A DNA stretch of 64,000 nucleotides from an uncultured bacterium. Lineage in GTDB: Bacteria > Oederibacteriota > PGYV01 > Palsa-1178. The position numbers and the translations under genes are program-made. The DNA lies in assembly GCA_937889595.1 (NCBI GenBank), contig CALAOR010000057.1, forward strand, positions 7,500-71,499, written 5' to 3'. The notes below the pieces were generated by a model that was given only the letters and a program-made list of their open reading frames with translations, was not told the DNA's origin and did no database searches. Position 1 is the first letter of the stretch. Each line of letters opens with the position of its first letter. This document shows positions 26,710 through 37,202 of the stretch, one piece after another.

Positions 26710-26988
26710 CTATTTATAGTAACAAATATAGGCTGCTTCTCCTGATGTTTCAACATCAAACGACTCGTTTGGCGGCACTGTGAACCTGCCGTCCTGGTTA
26801 AATATTTCCCAATCTTTGCCTGGAAGTTTTGCCTTTAACGTGCCGGCTGTTACAACCATAGTCTCTTCCTTTGATGTTGAAAAAACATATTTACCGCTTT
26901 CCATGACCCCGACTGTGGCGTAGCCGTCCGGGGTATTAATACCGAGGCTCTGGACCTTTCCGCCAAAATAGACCGAATGCTTCATCAT
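26710..26988 (-). CDS. ppnP: Pyrimidine/purine nucleoside phosphorylase PpnP (YaiE/DUF1255 cupin)
   Basis: Full-length similarity to E. coli YaiE (EYFSGKVKS...GVM..G.Y.FST...E.M.V..G.L...LP...W). Confidence 0.75.
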   Translation of the reverse strand: MMKHSVYFGGKVQSLGINTPDGYATVGVMESGKYVFSTSKEETMVVTAGTLKAKLPGKDWEIFNQDGRFTVPPNESFDVETSGEAAYICYYK

Positions 26989-27019
26989 AAATCTCCTTAT
27001 TAATTGGATTCCCGTGAAA

Positions 27020-28819
27020 CTATACCGTAAACTTATCCGTGGCTTCTTTCATGTTTTTCGCAGTATTGGAGAGTTCCTCGGCCGAAGCCGTAAGTTCCTC
27101 CATTGACGAAGCCTGTTCTTCGGATGAAGCAGCCGCTTCCTCTGATGAAGCCGCTATCTCCTGGCTGGTGGCCGCAATACCCTCAACCTGTGCTGTTGTC
27201 TCATCTATGGACTTTACTATCCTTATAAATTCTTCATTTGCCTGTGCGGTTAATGCGGAACTTTCTGTTATTTCTTCCGCTTCTTCAGACGATATCTTTA
27301 CTGCCTCGGTTATGTCGTCCCTGACTTCCTTTATCCTAATGCTTATTTTTTTTACCTGTTCCGTGCTTAAGTCTGAAAGTTTTTTTATCTCCTCGGCCAC
27401 AACCGCAAACCCCATGCCGCTCTGTCCGGCCCTTGCCGCCTCGATTGCGGCATTTAAGGACAGAAGTTTTGTCTCATCAGCTATGCCTTTAATGATCTCA
27501 ACCATGCTTTTGATTTCATCAGAATGGCTCTCTAGCTTGCGCATTTTTGCGGTTGAAAATCCGAGATTCATCTGCAGTTTCTGCATTTTTTCAAGCAGGT
27601 CTGTCATGGATTTCTGGCCAAGCCTGGCCGCGTCATAAGCAGAGTGGCTTGACTTTGAAGCCGCCTGCGAATTACCCGCCGACTCCCCGGTCGCCTTGGA
27701 TATATTTGTAACCGTCTCGGACAACTGTACGATGGTTTCCCTGCTTTGCGCCGCAATCAAAGTCAGGCTCTGCGCTGATGAGGCAACAGCTTCAGAACTG
27801 TTTTTAACGCCTGAAACAAGTTTTCTCAGGCCGTCAAGCATATCTTCTATGGATTTTCCCAGAAGGTCGCGTTCTGATTTTGCGGCGTAGTGGAAAGATA
27901 TATCCCCTTTGGCCACCTTTTCAAGCGTTCCATATATAAGCTGTATATAATTAACCAGGTTCCTGAAAACAACGCCAATTTCATCCTTATTTGACTTAAG
28001 AACAAAATCTTTTGGGACTCCCCCTTCGGATATTTCAGAAGATGTCTCTATAATGCCTGACAGATAATCCGTCATGTCGTTAAAACTCCTGCTTAAAACG
28101 CCTATTTCATCCTCAGCATTGTGTTCCTTTATTTTTTCGCCCATTTTACCGCTGGCTATAAGTGATGCCGCAACCGACATCTTTTTAACCGGGATTATTA
28201 TGCTCATGTACATAAAGATAAGAAGTATGCCCGCCACTACGAGGGCTCCCATGGAGCTGATAAGCAGGGCCGTTTTCTTTGCCTTTGCTATTTCCGTGTT
28301 AAGCGTGGACTCATCATAACCTAAAATGACTTCCGCAAGGTTCTTCTTCATGTATTTGATGGGAACGCTTATTTCCCTGCCTTTTATGCCGTCAATTGTA
28401 ACCTCGGAGATTATATAGCCGCGGATGTTTTCCCCGGTTTTTTTTGCGTTTGGGAGTTTGAAATTATTATTTCCTGAAGCACTGACTTTGACAACTGTTT
28501 TATTCTGTATTTTTAAGGCCGCATATAATATGTTCCCGCTCGTAGCGGCCGCTTCAAGCACATTGGTAACCATTTCATTTGACGGTTCATATTGATTCTT
28601 CCTGGTCGGCGTGAAATCAATCACCTGCGTTACATATTTTTCGCACATCAAAGCCGACGTTTCGCCAAGCGCGGCTATCTTTTCCACAAAATTTTTTTTA
28701 ATTAATTTCTCAAAACTCCCGGATATCAAAAAAAATGAGGTTAAACTTAAAGCCGTAACTCCCAGCAGGACTATAAGCGCTACTTTGTCCCCTATTGTCA
28801 GGGTTATTTTACTTTTCAA
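27020..28819 (-). CDS. Methyl-accepting chemotaxis protein with a periplasmic sensor domain and HAMP
   Basis: Two TM segments flank an approximately 170-aa periplasmic region. HAMP domain and the MCP signalling domain hairpin ([34 protein letters not shown]). Confidence 0.9.
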   Translation of the reverse strand: MKSKITLTIGDKVALIVLLGVTALSLTSFFLISGSFEKLIKKNFVEKIAALGETSALMCEKYVTQVIDFTPTRKNQYEPSNEMVTNVLEAAATSGNILYAALKIQNKTVVKVSASGNNNFKLPNAKKTGENIRGYIISEVTIDGIKGREISVPIKYMKKNLAEVILGYDESTLNTEIAKAKKTALLISSMGALVVAGILLIFMYMSIIIPVKKMSVAASLIASGKMGEKIKEHNAEDEIGVLSRSFNDMTDYLSGIIETSSEISEGGVPKDFVLKSNKDEIGVVFRNLVNYIQLIYGTLEKVAKGDISFHYAAKSERDLLGKSIEDMLDGLRKLVSGVKNSSEAVASSAQSLTLIAAQSRETIVQLSETVTNISKATGESAGNSQAASKSSHSAYDAARLGQKSMTDLLEKMQKLQMNLGFSTAKMRKLESHSDEIKSMVEIIKGIADETKLLSLNAAIEAARAGQSGMGFAVVAEEIKKLSDLSTEQVKKISIRIKEVRDDITEAVKISSEEAEEITESSALTAQANEEFIRIVKSIDETTAQVEGIAATSQEIAASSEEAAASSEEQASSMEELTASAEELSNTAKNMKEATDKFTV

Positions 28820-28892
28820 AAGTGCCTCCTCAATATTATACTTGTTTTAGATTATACCATTGATAAGGGTTTTTTCAAGTTCAATATAACCC

Positions 28893-29110
28893 CCGGAAAA
28901 CGCGGCAGACTTGATACAAAACCACTACGATCCAACGAAATACTCTACTTATTCTTCTCCACGTAACGCCCAACGGATGAGTCCTGCAAACCCTTGTGAT
29001 ACACGAATAAAGTAGCGTATTTTATCTGGAAATCCATAATGCGCGCATAAGTTACACGCCTTTGTTATTCGTGTAACTTATGCAAACCATATTCCAATGC
29101 GATTTCCAGA
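28893..29110. repeat. Repeat family B, copy 1: structured element with nested hairpins (ctggaaatc...[gcataagttacacg-N11-cgtgtaacttatgc]...gatttccag)
   Basis: About 85% identical to 43949..44233; both copies are intergenic. Compensated, conserved stems suggest an sRNA or MITE. Confidence 0.65.
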
Positions 29111-29113
29111 TAA

Positions 29114-29192
29114 CCAACGGAAAACCCTATGAAACCATGAAATCCTTTATCGTGTCCGGTGCGGATGAAATTTTTCTATGGCCTGTGCGCCA
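29114..29192. mobile_element. MITE-like element, 5' half only, abutting the dinB stop codon
   Basis: CCAACGGAAAACCCTATGAAACCATGAAATCCTTTATCGTGTCCGGTGCGGATGAAATTTTTCTATGGCCTGTGCGCCACTAAAACCC. Confidence 0.65.
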
Positions 29193-30263
29193 CTAAAACC
29201 CTAGTTTCATCTGACCTGATGTTCCCTTTAATTCTTCGAAACCATGCATGGAAACCCCGAGCAGCCGTATCTTTTTCTTCCCCGCGTCTGTCTTGGCAAG
29301 AAGTTCCTGTATGAATTTGTTGATTGTCGCTCCTGCCTGTACCTGAGAGTCTATGGTGATACTACGGGTTATTTGTTTAAAATCATGGTATTTTACCTTT
29401 AAGGTTATAGTCCTGCCTTTTTTATCCTCGTTTTTCAGGTCTCTTTCCACATCAAAACAAAGTTCCTCCAGTATTTCCCTTATTTGCGTCATATCCGTAA
29501 TATCCTGTGAAAGGGTTGTTTCCCTGCCGATTGATTTTCTTATCCAGTTTGGCTCCACGGCTGAATCATCAATACCCCGGGCTAAATAATAGAACCACGC
29601 CCCGGACTTTCCGAAATAATTTTCAAGTTCTTTCAGGGTCTTTTTCCGCAGGTCAGCCCCTGTCCTGATGTTTAATTCATGCATGTGTTTTTCGGTCACC
29701 TTTCCTACCCCGTGAAAGGAACCTATCGGCAGTTTGGCTATGAAATCAAGGGCCTTATCCGGTGTAACTACGGTCAACCCGTCCGGCTTTTTGAAGCCCG
29801 AAGCGATCTTTGCCAGAAATTTGCAGTATGAAACCCCTGCTGACGCGGTTAAACGGGTTTGCGCGTAAATTTTTTCCTTGATTTCCTTCGCTATTGCCGT
29901 GGCTGATCTTATTTCCATAAAATTATCGGTGACATCCATGTAAGCCTCATCCAAAGACAGCGGTTCAACAAGGTTGGTGTATTCGTGGAATATTTTATTT
30001 ATTATGGAAGAGGCTTCCTCATATTTTTTAAAATTTGGATGCACCAGTAAGACAGAGGGACATAATACAACGGCTTTTGCAGTAGACATGGCTGAGTGTA
30101 TTCCGAATTTTCTTGCTTCATAAGAACACGCGGCCACTACCCCGCGTTCCTGCGGCGTACCACCCACTATCACGGGCTTTCCCCTAAGCCCGGGATCGTC
30201 GCGCTGCTCAACCGATGCGTAAAACGCGTCCATATCCATGTGTATTATTTTTTTTATGCCCAT
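29193..30263 (-). CDS. dinB: DNA polymerase IV (Y-family translesion polymerase)
   Basis: N-terminus IIHMDMDAFYASVEQR. Palm, finger and little-finger domain conservation. Confidence 0.9.
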   Translation of the reverse strand: MGIKKIIHMDMDAFYASVEQRDDPGLRGKPVIVGGTPQERGVVAACSYEARKFGIHSAMSTAKAVVLCPSVLLVHPNFKKYEEASSIINKIFHEYTNLVEPLSLDEAYMDVTDNFMEIRSATAIAKEIKEKIYAQTRLTASAGVSYCKFLAKIASGFKKPDGLTVVTPDKALDFIAKLPIGSFHGVGKVTEKHMHELNIRTGADLRKKTLKELENYFGKSGAWFYYLARGIDDSAVEPNWIRKSIGRETTLSQDITDMTQIREILEELCFDVERDLKNEDKKGRTITLKVKYHDFKQITRSITIDSQVQAGATINKFIQELLAKTDAGKKKIRLLGVSMHGFEELKGTSGQMKLGF

Positions 30264-30270
30264 ATGCCCG

Positions 30271-30837
30271 TCAGAACCATTTGCCGCCTGTTTTTACCGG
30301 CTTATAGTTTTTTATATACCTTATCGCGGATTTTTCATCCCTGGCAATATAAAACATTTTATAAAATTCCTTTTTCATAAATTTTTCCTTTACCATAAGC
30401 CTGAACACCGACATAAGTTTATTATAAAACCCGCCTGTATTAAGGAACACAAGGGGCTTTTCATGATAGTGAAGCTGCCTTAAAGTAAGTATTTCCATGG
30501 CTTCTTCAAGCGTCCCGATCCCCCCGGGCATGAAAATAAAAGCATCGGAACGTTTTTCCATCACGCTTTTTCTGTTGCGCATGTTGTCCGTAATAATAAG
30601 TTCATTCAGGCCGTTTTTTGATATCCCGTAATCATGAAGGGCCTTTGGTATGACCCCGATCACACTGCCACTTCCTTCAAGCACTGAATCCGCTATCTCC
30701 CGCATAAGTCCCCTGTTTGCCCCTCCGTAAACAAGGCTGTAGCTGTTTTTCACCATTTCTTTTCCGAGCCTGCGCGCCGCGACAAAGTACTTTTTATCAA
30801 CAGCATCGGACGAGGAACAAAAAACGCATATGTTCAT
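30271..30837 (-). CDS. LOG-family nucleotide 5'-monophosphate nucleosidase (TIGR00730 Rossmann protein)
   Basis: PGGxGTxxE motif (FIFMPGGIGTLEEAME) and an N-terminal GGxxxGLM motif. Confidence 0.8.
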   Translation of the reverse strand: MNICVFCSSSDAVDKKYFVAARRLGKEMVKNSYSLVYGGANRGLMREIADSVLEGSGSVIGVIPKALHDYGISKNGLNELIITDNMRNRKSVMEKRSDAFIFMPGGIGTLEEAMEILTLRQLHYHEKPLVFLNTGGFYNKLMSVFRLMVKEKFMKKEFYKMFYIARDEKSAIRYIKNYKPVKTGGKWF

Positions 30838-31016
30838 GACACACCTCTTCGTTTAGTTGCGTTAATTTTATCAGCTAAAACGCGCCAGTCAAGGGGTAAA
30901 AACAATCATTGTTCCTTGTTGCCTCTTAGCGCTTCTTTTTACTTACTTTTCCCATTATTTATAGTATAATTAATCCTGTTTTAAACTGCGCATTATTTTT
31001 TAACCGGGGTGTTTTA

Positions 31017-32306
31017 GTGAGAATAGGCATGCAGGTATGGGGCACTGACGGCGACATAAGGCCCATGATAGCTTTGGGCGCGGGATTAAAATCCGCGGGC
31101 CATCAGGTTACCATTATAATTGCCAGTATTGATAATAAATCATATGCAGGATTGTGCGCGAAGACCGGAATTACCATGATTAAATCGCCTCAAAACATGG
31201 ATGTAAACCTTGACGGCATAACCGGCATGAACGGAAGGCCCGCCAAATCCATTGACATAATGAATAGCCTTCTTGAACGCGCGCTGTATCCGTACCTTCC
31301 GGAACTTTTCAGCGCTTCAAAGCAATTGTGCGAACGCAATGATCTTGTAATCGGTCATTTTTCCGGTTTTTATTTAAAAGCCGCCGCAAAAATCCATAAT
31401 ATTCCCTACATAAGCGTATCCTACTGGCCGGGACTCATGCCTTCTTCCACAGAACCGCCTTTCTTCTTCCCATATTTTGGAAAAATTTTTCCAAAGATAT
31501 CCTGGGCCATTATTTTAACCGTTTTTGACATGCTGTTAAAGAAAAAAATAAACAAATTCTACTCGGATAACGGACTCCCGCCGGTTAAACACATAATGAC
31601 CGGCCCGTGGATGTCTGAAGACTTAAACCTGGCCGCATGCAGCAGGATATTTTATAATGAGCCGAAAGACTGGCAGGCCTCCGGAAAAATTAAAATAACC
31701 GGATTTTGGAATATTCCTGTCTCGGTTGAGCACTGCGATTTCACCACTGAACTCAAGGACTTCCTGGCAAGACGGGGCGAGCATCCGGTTTTTATGACTT
31801 TAGGATCTTCACTACAAATGAATCCGTTAAGGTGCATGGAAACCCTGATTGAAGCGGCGAGAATATACAAAAAAAAGGTGATTATACAGTCGGGTATTGA
31901 CAAATACAGACCCAATACGTTTTTACAGAATATATATTTTTCCGGCAGGATGCCTCACAGGGAGATACTTCCCTTTTGCCTGGCTTCTGTCCATCACTGC
32001 GGTGCCGGAACAACCCAGACGGTAACCAGGGCCGGCATTCCGTCGGTTCCCCTGTACTTCATGGATGAACAAAAATCCTGGGGTGGACAGCTTTTCAAGC
32101 TTGGAATTGCATCAAAACCTTTGAACTTCCTGAAAACAACGCCTGCGAAGATAGCTGATGCCATGAAACTGGTTGTAAATAGTTTAAAAATGAAGGACAA
32201 TGCTGGAATAGTTGCGGAAAAAATGCACGCTGAAGACGGAGTTAAGGAAGCTGTAAGCATCATAAATGATTTTATGGCAAAAAGAACTCCTGTCCCGGCG
32301 CGATAA
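31017..32306 (+). CDS. GT1-family UDP-glycosyltransferase (MGT/UGT-like)
   Basis: C-terminal nucleotide-sugar binding motif HHCGAGTTQ. N-terminal acceptor domain with a Gly-rich loop. Confidence 0.75.
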   Translation: MRIGMQVWGTDGDIRPMIALGAGLKSAGHQVTIIIASIDNKSYAGLCAKTGITMIKSPQNMDVNLDGITGMNGRPAKSIDIMNSLLERALYPYLPELFSASKQLCERNDLVIGHFSGFYLKAAAKIHNIPYISVSYWPGLMPSSTEPPFFFPYFGKIFPKISWAIILTVFDMLLKKKINKFYSDNGLPPVKHIMTGPWMSEDLNLAACSRIFYNEPKDWQASGKIKITGFWNIPVSVEHCDFTTELKDFLARRGEHPVFMTLGSSLQMNPLRCMETLIEAARIYKKKVIIQSGIDKYRPNTFLQNIYFSGRMPHREILPFCLASVHHCGAGTTQTVTRAGIPSVPLYFMDEQKSWGGQLFKLGIASKPLNFLKTTPAKIADAMKLVVNSLKMKDNAGIVAEKMHAEDGVKEAVSIINDFMAKRTPVPAR

Positions 32307-32346
32307 AACCGCGGTTTTTATGCCGCGTATGATTAAAGGAGAGCAC

Positions 32347-33069
32347 ATGAAATACATTGACTGGATGGAAATTATTTACTGGAGCCTTTTTGCCCTGCTT
32401 GTTATAGGGGAGATCCTTGTTGCTTATGTTTATAAACTCGATAAAAAACATGTTGTCCGCGACTGGGTGGAGCCTGCTTTTGAGGCCATGATTATAGCCA
32501 CCATCCTGCGTATTTTTGTCATACAGGCTTTTGCCATACCCACCGGATCCATGGAAAACACGCTCATGGTAGGCGAGCACCCCATGGCCATAAAATTCGC
32601 ATACGGCCTTTACAATCCGCTTGACCAGAAAATGTATTTTGACTTTAACAAGCCAAAACGCGGCGATGTGGTTATTTTCCGCGACCCGACCGGCAAAACA
32701 AATTCCATGTGGATAAAACGCTGCATGGGCCTGCCGGGTGATGTCATGGAAATGAAAGACAAACAATTATATATTAACGGTAAAAAGATGGATGAACCCT
32801 ACACTGTCCACAAGGATATGAGGATTTTCCCTGCATACTTCCAGCCAAGGGATAATTTCGGCCCTCTAACCGTCCCTGTCGGAAGCCTTTTCATGATGGG
32901 TGATAACCGCGACCAGTCTTATGACAGCAGATTTTGGGGGGCGCTGCCTTCAAACAAGATCAGGGGCAAGGCGTTTCTTGTTTACTGGCCGCTGAACAAG
33001 CTGAAGATAATAAAGCATATTAAGATTGAAGTGCCTCCGCCTCCGGCAGCGGCTGTCAAAATAAAATAA
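32347..33069 (+). CDS. lepB: Signal peptidase I
   Basis: Catalytic Ser (GSMENTL) and Lys (KRCMGLPGD) boxes; GDNRDQSYDSRFWG box E. Start at the ATG preceded by AAGGAGA. An upstream in-frame extension overlaps the GT gene. Confidence 0.9.
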   Translation: MKYIDWMEIIYWSLFALLVIGEILVAYVYKLDKKHVVRDWVEPAFEAMIIATILRIFVIQAFAIPTGSMENTLMVGEHPMAIKFAYGLYNPLDQKMYFDFNKPKRGDVVIFRDPTGKTNSMWIKRCMGLPGDVMEMKDKQLYINGKKMDEPYTVHKDMRIFPAYFQPRDNFGPLTVPVGSLFMMGDNRDQSYDSRFWGALPSNKIRGKAFLVYWPLNKLKIIKHIKIEVPPPPAAAVKIK

Positions 33070-33223
33070 ATATACCGTTTATTAACTATGAAATTGCTTA
33101 TTGTAGCCACTCGTTGCCCGCTGGTGGCGGCATAATATGCCGCCGCTACATGTCATAAAACAGTAACATTCAGACATTGAAACAATATTGTTTCATGCCC
33201 CAAATCAGGCTTTTCCAACAGTG

Positions 33224-34024
33224 TCACTTTATTCTTTTTGCCCTTATTTCCTCGTGGCTTGAATAATAGACAAAACCCATTTTTTCATACGCTTTTATGG
33301 CCGGGATATTGTCGGCACGCACGTTCAAACCTATGTATTTTATGTCTTTCCATAAATCACGGCACAGGGTCGCGGCGACTGAACCGGCATAACCTTTACC
33401 CCTGTATTCAGGCGCGGTTGCCACGTTCCCTATTGCCGCTATTTTAAGTTCCTTTGAGTAAAAGTGCACTCCTGCCATGGCTATAAGGTCGGAGTTTTTC
33501 CTTATTATGAAATATTTTCCGGTTTCAATCATGGCGGACGTAAAAAAAGCCTCCGGGTTTATGCCTCTTAAGAATTCATTTATTGCCTCAAAGTCGTTTT
33601 TGTTAACCCTGTAAGTAAACTCGGGATACTTTATGGACCTTGCCAGCAGAATGTCGCCGGTTATCTTCATTTTATTGTATATGACCGGGGAGCTTGTTTC
33701 GTATACGGTATTAAGCATTGCGGCTGTGTCATGTGATACGTGCGCGTAAAAGCAGTCCGGCAGGTTGCTTATAATTCCCTGCAGCAGCCGGACGGCAGCT
33801 TCAGTATTCTTATTTTCCAGAAGAAAAAGTATGTTGTCATTATCATTTTCCGATATGTGAAGCATCGCCGCTGATTTTATAGCGCCATTTTCAGACGCGC
33901 AGAACCACTTGGAACGGCTGAAAATTTTCTCGTGCAGGTTGCCCAATTCATATAAATGCAGGTAAGGCTCTTCAAGAAGAAAATTCTTTATCTTTTCCCT
34001 GTCTGATATGGCTGTTATTTCCAT
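33224..34024 (-). CDS. GNAT-family N-acetyltransferase (two-domain)
   Basis: C-terminal acetyl-CoA binding motif (APEYRGKGYAGSV). Start at the ATG (MEITAIS) with a GAGGG RBS. Confidence 0.7.
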   Translation of the reverse strand: MEITAISDREKIKNFLLEEPYLHLYELGNLHEKIFSRSKWFCASENGAIKSAAMLHISENDNDNILFLLENKNTEAAVRLLQGIISNLPDCFYAHVSHDTAAMLNTVYETSSPVIYNKMKITGDILLARSIKYPEFTYRVNKNDFEAINEFLRGINPEAFFTSAMIETGKYFIIRKNSDLIAMAGVHFYSKELKIAAIGNVATAPEYRGKGYAGSVAATLCRDLWKDIKYIGLNVRADNIPAIKAYEKMGFVYYSSHEEIRAKRIK

Positions 34025-34079
34025 TGTATTTCCGCCCTCACTGTGTATTTTTCTTTCCACGCCGCTGGCGCCGTCTGCA

Positions 34080-34634
34080 TTATTTTAACTCCTTTTCATT
34101 AAATACCTGCGCTTCAAAAATATATACTTCGGTTCCCTCATCCTTGTAACAATCAGGCGGCAGGCCCGCCTTGCCTTCGCATAAATTCCTCATGAATTCT
34201 TCCTTGGACCAGCCTGTCTCCGAAGCTACCTGCGGCAAAAACACGCCGCTTGCATACCCGCGTTTTACTATTACGCCGTGTTTTCCGAGTTCTATTTCAT
34301 CAAGGCTTTCAACCCTTTTTTTCGGGAACAGGACTGATACTTCTATTTCCATATCTTTCAATTCTTCAGGCTTGACAGGTTCAAACCTCGGGTCGCTTGA
34401 AGATGATTCTATAGCCATTTCCACTATGGTCTGGTATAACGGCTGGTTTGATTCTATCAGTCCTATGCATCCCCTTAGTTTTCCCCTACTGTGTAATGTC
34501 ACAAAAGCCCCGGCATGCTGTTTTAAATTTTCATTTTGCGTTGTATATTTGGTTATTATTCCGTTTTCCACATAGCTTTCCATGGTACGCCTGGCTATGC
34601 CGAGTATTTCCCTCTTTTCTTCTATTGTAAGCAT
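34080..34634 (-). CDS. AMMECR1-domain protein
   Basis: Conserved LRGCIG motif and AMMECR1 fold-length conservation. Confidence 0.85.
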   Translation of the reverse strand: MLTIEEKREILGIARRTMESYVENGIITKYTTQNENLKQHAGAFVTLHSRGKLRGCIGLIESNQPLYQTIVEMAIESSSSDPRFEPVKPEELKDMEIEVSVLFPKKRVESLDEIELGKHGVIVKRGYASGVFLPQVASETGWSKEEFMRNLCEGKAGLPPDCYKDEGTEVYIFEAQVFNEKELK

Positions 34635-35348
34635 TTATTCCTCCTGTTCCATTACTTCCACTTTTATGGTTTTATCCACAAGCGCCTTAAATTCCGCAGC
34701 ATTTTCTTTTTTTCCTATCTTATACCCGTAATGCATGGGCACGGCTATTTCAGGCTTGATGGCATTTATTGCCTGCGCCGCTTCTTTGGGGTCCATAGTA
34801 AACATTCCGCCTATGGGCACCAAAGCCACGGTAATGTTTTTAAGATCCTTCATTTCTTTGATGAAATCCGTATCCCCGGCGTGGTATATTCTGGCATTAT
34901 TTATTTCAATCACGTATCCTACCTTTAAGTCCTTCTTCGGGTGAAACGGTTTAAAGTTATTGTATGCAGGAACAACCTCCACTTTTATGTCACCAAGTTC
35001 AAACCTTTCACCCGGCACTACAACGCGCTTTTTTAAATCTTTCAAGGGTTTTTCGCATTCTTTAGGGCATATAATAAGCGTATCCTTTGTAGCGACCTTT
35101 TTAATGTCGTCGATTGACATATGGTCATAATGGCTGTGCGTGATAAATATATAGTCCGCGGGCTTGTCATTCTTTATCTGGAAAGGATCTATGTAAATCA
35201 CCCGGCCTGCAGATTCTATCCTGAAACTTGAATGATGGAGCCAATGAATTGACTTCATGATACCCTCCTTTTTCACGTCCCCGCTTTTCCCGTACACAAA
35301 AACCGTTGTCAGAAGCACAAGCAGGACCAAGACCGCTGTTTTCCTCAT
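34635..35348 (-). CDS. Secreted MBL-fold metallo-hydrolase
   Basis: Signal peptide, HxHxDH motif (ITHSHYDHMS), and downstream His/Asp ligands. Confidence 0.8.
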   Translation of the reverse strand: MRKTAVLVLLVLLTTVFVYGKSGDVKKEGIMKSIHWLHHSSFRIESAGRVIYIDPFQIKNDKPADYIFITHSHYDHMSIDDIKKVATKDTLIICPKECEKPLKDLKKRVVVPGERFELGDIKVEVVPAYNNFKPFHPKKDLKVGYVIEINNARIYHAGDTDFIKEMKDLKNITVALVPIGGMFTMDPKEAAQAINAIKPEIAVPMHYGYKIGKKENAAEFKALVDKTIKVEVMEQEE

Positions 35349-35416
35349 TTTCCCCTCCTAAAATTCTCTTGACAAATTCCCTATTCAAAATATAATTGAT
35401 ACCTGTCCATAAGCGT

Positions 35417-35493
35417 GGGCCCATAGCTCAGTCGGTTAGAGCAGCAGACTCATAATCTGTTGGCCGAAGGTTCAAGTCCTTCTGGGCCCACCA
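35417..35493 (+). tRNA. tRNA with anticodon CAU (Met or Ile2/lysidine type; closely resembles the E. coli ileX pattern). CCA end is encoded.
   Basis: Cloverleaf: acceptor GGGCCCA/TGGGCCC, D-arm AGCTCAGTCGGTTAGAGC, anticodon stem CAGAC-TCATAAT-CTG (should pair as CAGAC/GTCTG), T-arm GGTTCAAGTCC. Confidence 0.85.
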
Positions 35494-35526
35494 AATTTCC
35501 TAGGGGTTATTCCAAAAATATGGAAA

Positions 35527-37131
35527 TTATTTTTCCTTTACCACACCCGACACCAGCGCCACGTGATACGCGGATAAAGGCGGTAAATCAACTGTAAATA
35601 CATTATTTTTTATGCCGTCAAGTTCCTGCCTTAATGTTATCCTGGCCTCGCTTGATTTGTCAAATCCGTAAACTTTTCCCGTCTTATAAACCCGCGTTGA
35701 TTTTATAACCACCCGCGCAGTGGTTGTATTGCTTAAGTCCTTGTTAATTAATATTACATGCAATTTGGTTTCGTCCGTGCCTTCAATCGAGGCGTAAGTT
35801 GTGAGTTTTTCCACGTCGGAAGTGACTGCTTTCACGTTTGTGTCGCCGTACATCCCGTTATTGCCGTCATAATTCCTGTACAACCTGAAACCCGCGAGGG
35901 TATAGGCCCCGAGTTCAACCATCCAGTAATTCGCCATGTATACCCCGTACTTGCCGAATATACCCAGCACATCCGCCTCTGCTATGCCGCCTGAAGGGTG
36001 ATAACCGGCTCCGTATTCATACTCTGTAAACGCGAGTTTAGTGCCGGGGTTGTATTTATTTATCATTTCTTTTAAATGCGGGATCAGGCGTATGGGGCAG
36101 TTTCCAGAGGAGCATATCCAGCTTGTTTCCGTATAATCCGGGTCCCACAGCGACCTTGGCGCCTGCACCCGTGCCTCTGCTGTTTCATCCGCCGCGCCCG
36201 CAGCCTGCGTAAAAACTATTCTTTTCCCGTTTGCGGACGCTTCAGGGTACCAGTGCACGTCAAGCGCGTCCAAAAGACGCATTCCCTTTTCTTTCGATGC
36301 TTCATTCATCTTCGCAAGATAATAAGCCAGGTACCATCCGTATACATAGTACTGTTTTACATAATCAGGCGCGTCCTGAAATGTCCTGAACCCGTTAAAA
36401 CCGTATGACGCGGGCCCGTAGATTTCAGCGTACGGGTCCAGCTTTTTAACAGCTCTTGCCGCGTCTATGGAAAGTTTTATATACTCATCGGCTCCAACCT
36501 TGTTCGGATGAATTCTCGGATGCGTCGACGCCCATATGTCGGGTTCATTATCAAGCGAGTATCCTTTTACTCCGGTTAAAGTGTTTGCTTTTCCGTATTT
36601 GTTCACCAAAAAATTCACTTCTTCGTCAACATACACATAACCGTCGTTTTTATCAGGTTCCAGCGACAATTCTTTTCCTTTTATGAACTCAACTTTTGCC
36701 CACCTGTCTGACGGCGCCTTTTCTTTGACATCAACAGGGCCGTTTTTGTCTTTTGCGACATATCCGGCAAGCGGCAGGGTAATTATGGAATACACGTTTA
36801 AGGTGACTGACTTATCAAGAAAGGCCGTCAGCACCGCGCCGGTTTGGTTTGGGTCTCCTGTTACATTTGCCCAGTCAACCAGGTAATTATCCGATGAATG
36901 CTGCCAGTCATTTCCGGCGTTTGACGCATTGTTTTCCCAATTGTATCCGGTCATCCTGTTGCCGCCCAAACGCCTGGCCGTGTAGTTGGTGTCGCGCGCT
37001 ATATCCTGATTCACGCCGTAAATATAGCGGGATATCGGCGAGCGGTCTTTAGATGTGTCGATCCTGACGTCAACAGCATAAAGCAATGACGCGGTTAAAA
37101 GAATAATGATTACCTGCAGTATGTTTTTCAT
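35527..37131 (-). CDS. Secreted glycoside hydrolase, clan GH-A (GH44-like endoglucanase/xyloglucanase)
   Basis: Signal peptide. N-terminal RLGGNRMTGYNWENNASNAG motif and catalytic LDNEPDIW (NEP acid/base) motif. Confidence 0.6.
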   Translation of the reverse strand: MKNILQVIIILLTASLLYAVDVRIDTSKDRSPISRYIYGVNQDIARDTNYTARRLGGNRMTGYNWENNASNAGNDWQHSSDNYLVDWANVTGDPNQTGAVLTAFLDKSVTLNVYSIITLPLAGYVAKDKNGPVDVKEKAPSDRWAKVEFIKGKELSLEPDKNDGYVYVDEEVNFLVNKYGKANTLTGVKGYSLDNEPDIWASTHPRIHPNKVGADEYIKLSIDAARAVKKLDPYAEIYGPASYGFNGFRTFQDAPDYVKQYYVYGWYLAYYLAKMNEASKEKGMRLLDALDVHWYPEASANGKRIVFTQAAGAADETAEARVQAPRSLWDPDYTETSWICSSGNCPIRLIPHLKEMINKYNPGTKLAFTEYEYGAGYHPSGGIAEADVLGIFGKYGVYMANYWMVELGAYTLAGFRLYRNYDGNNGMYGDTNVKAVTSDVEKLTTYASIEGTDETKLHVILINKDLSNTTTARVVIKSTRVYKTGKVYGFDKSSEARITLRQELDGIKNNVFTVDLPPLSAYHVALVSGVVKEK

Positions 37132-37202
37132 GGTTCACCTCTTTTTTATTTTATTTACGCCCGTTGGGGCTTAGCCTGCGCGCCCGCCCGCTGTGGGTAT
37201 TT

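Noticed and set aside
33126-33195. Two hairpins (ggcggcat..atgccgcc and tgaaacaatattgtttca) between convergent lepB and the GNAT gene as a bidirectional terminator
   Set aside because: The stems are short and neither strand has a T-tract. Plausible but not convincing enough to list as a feature.
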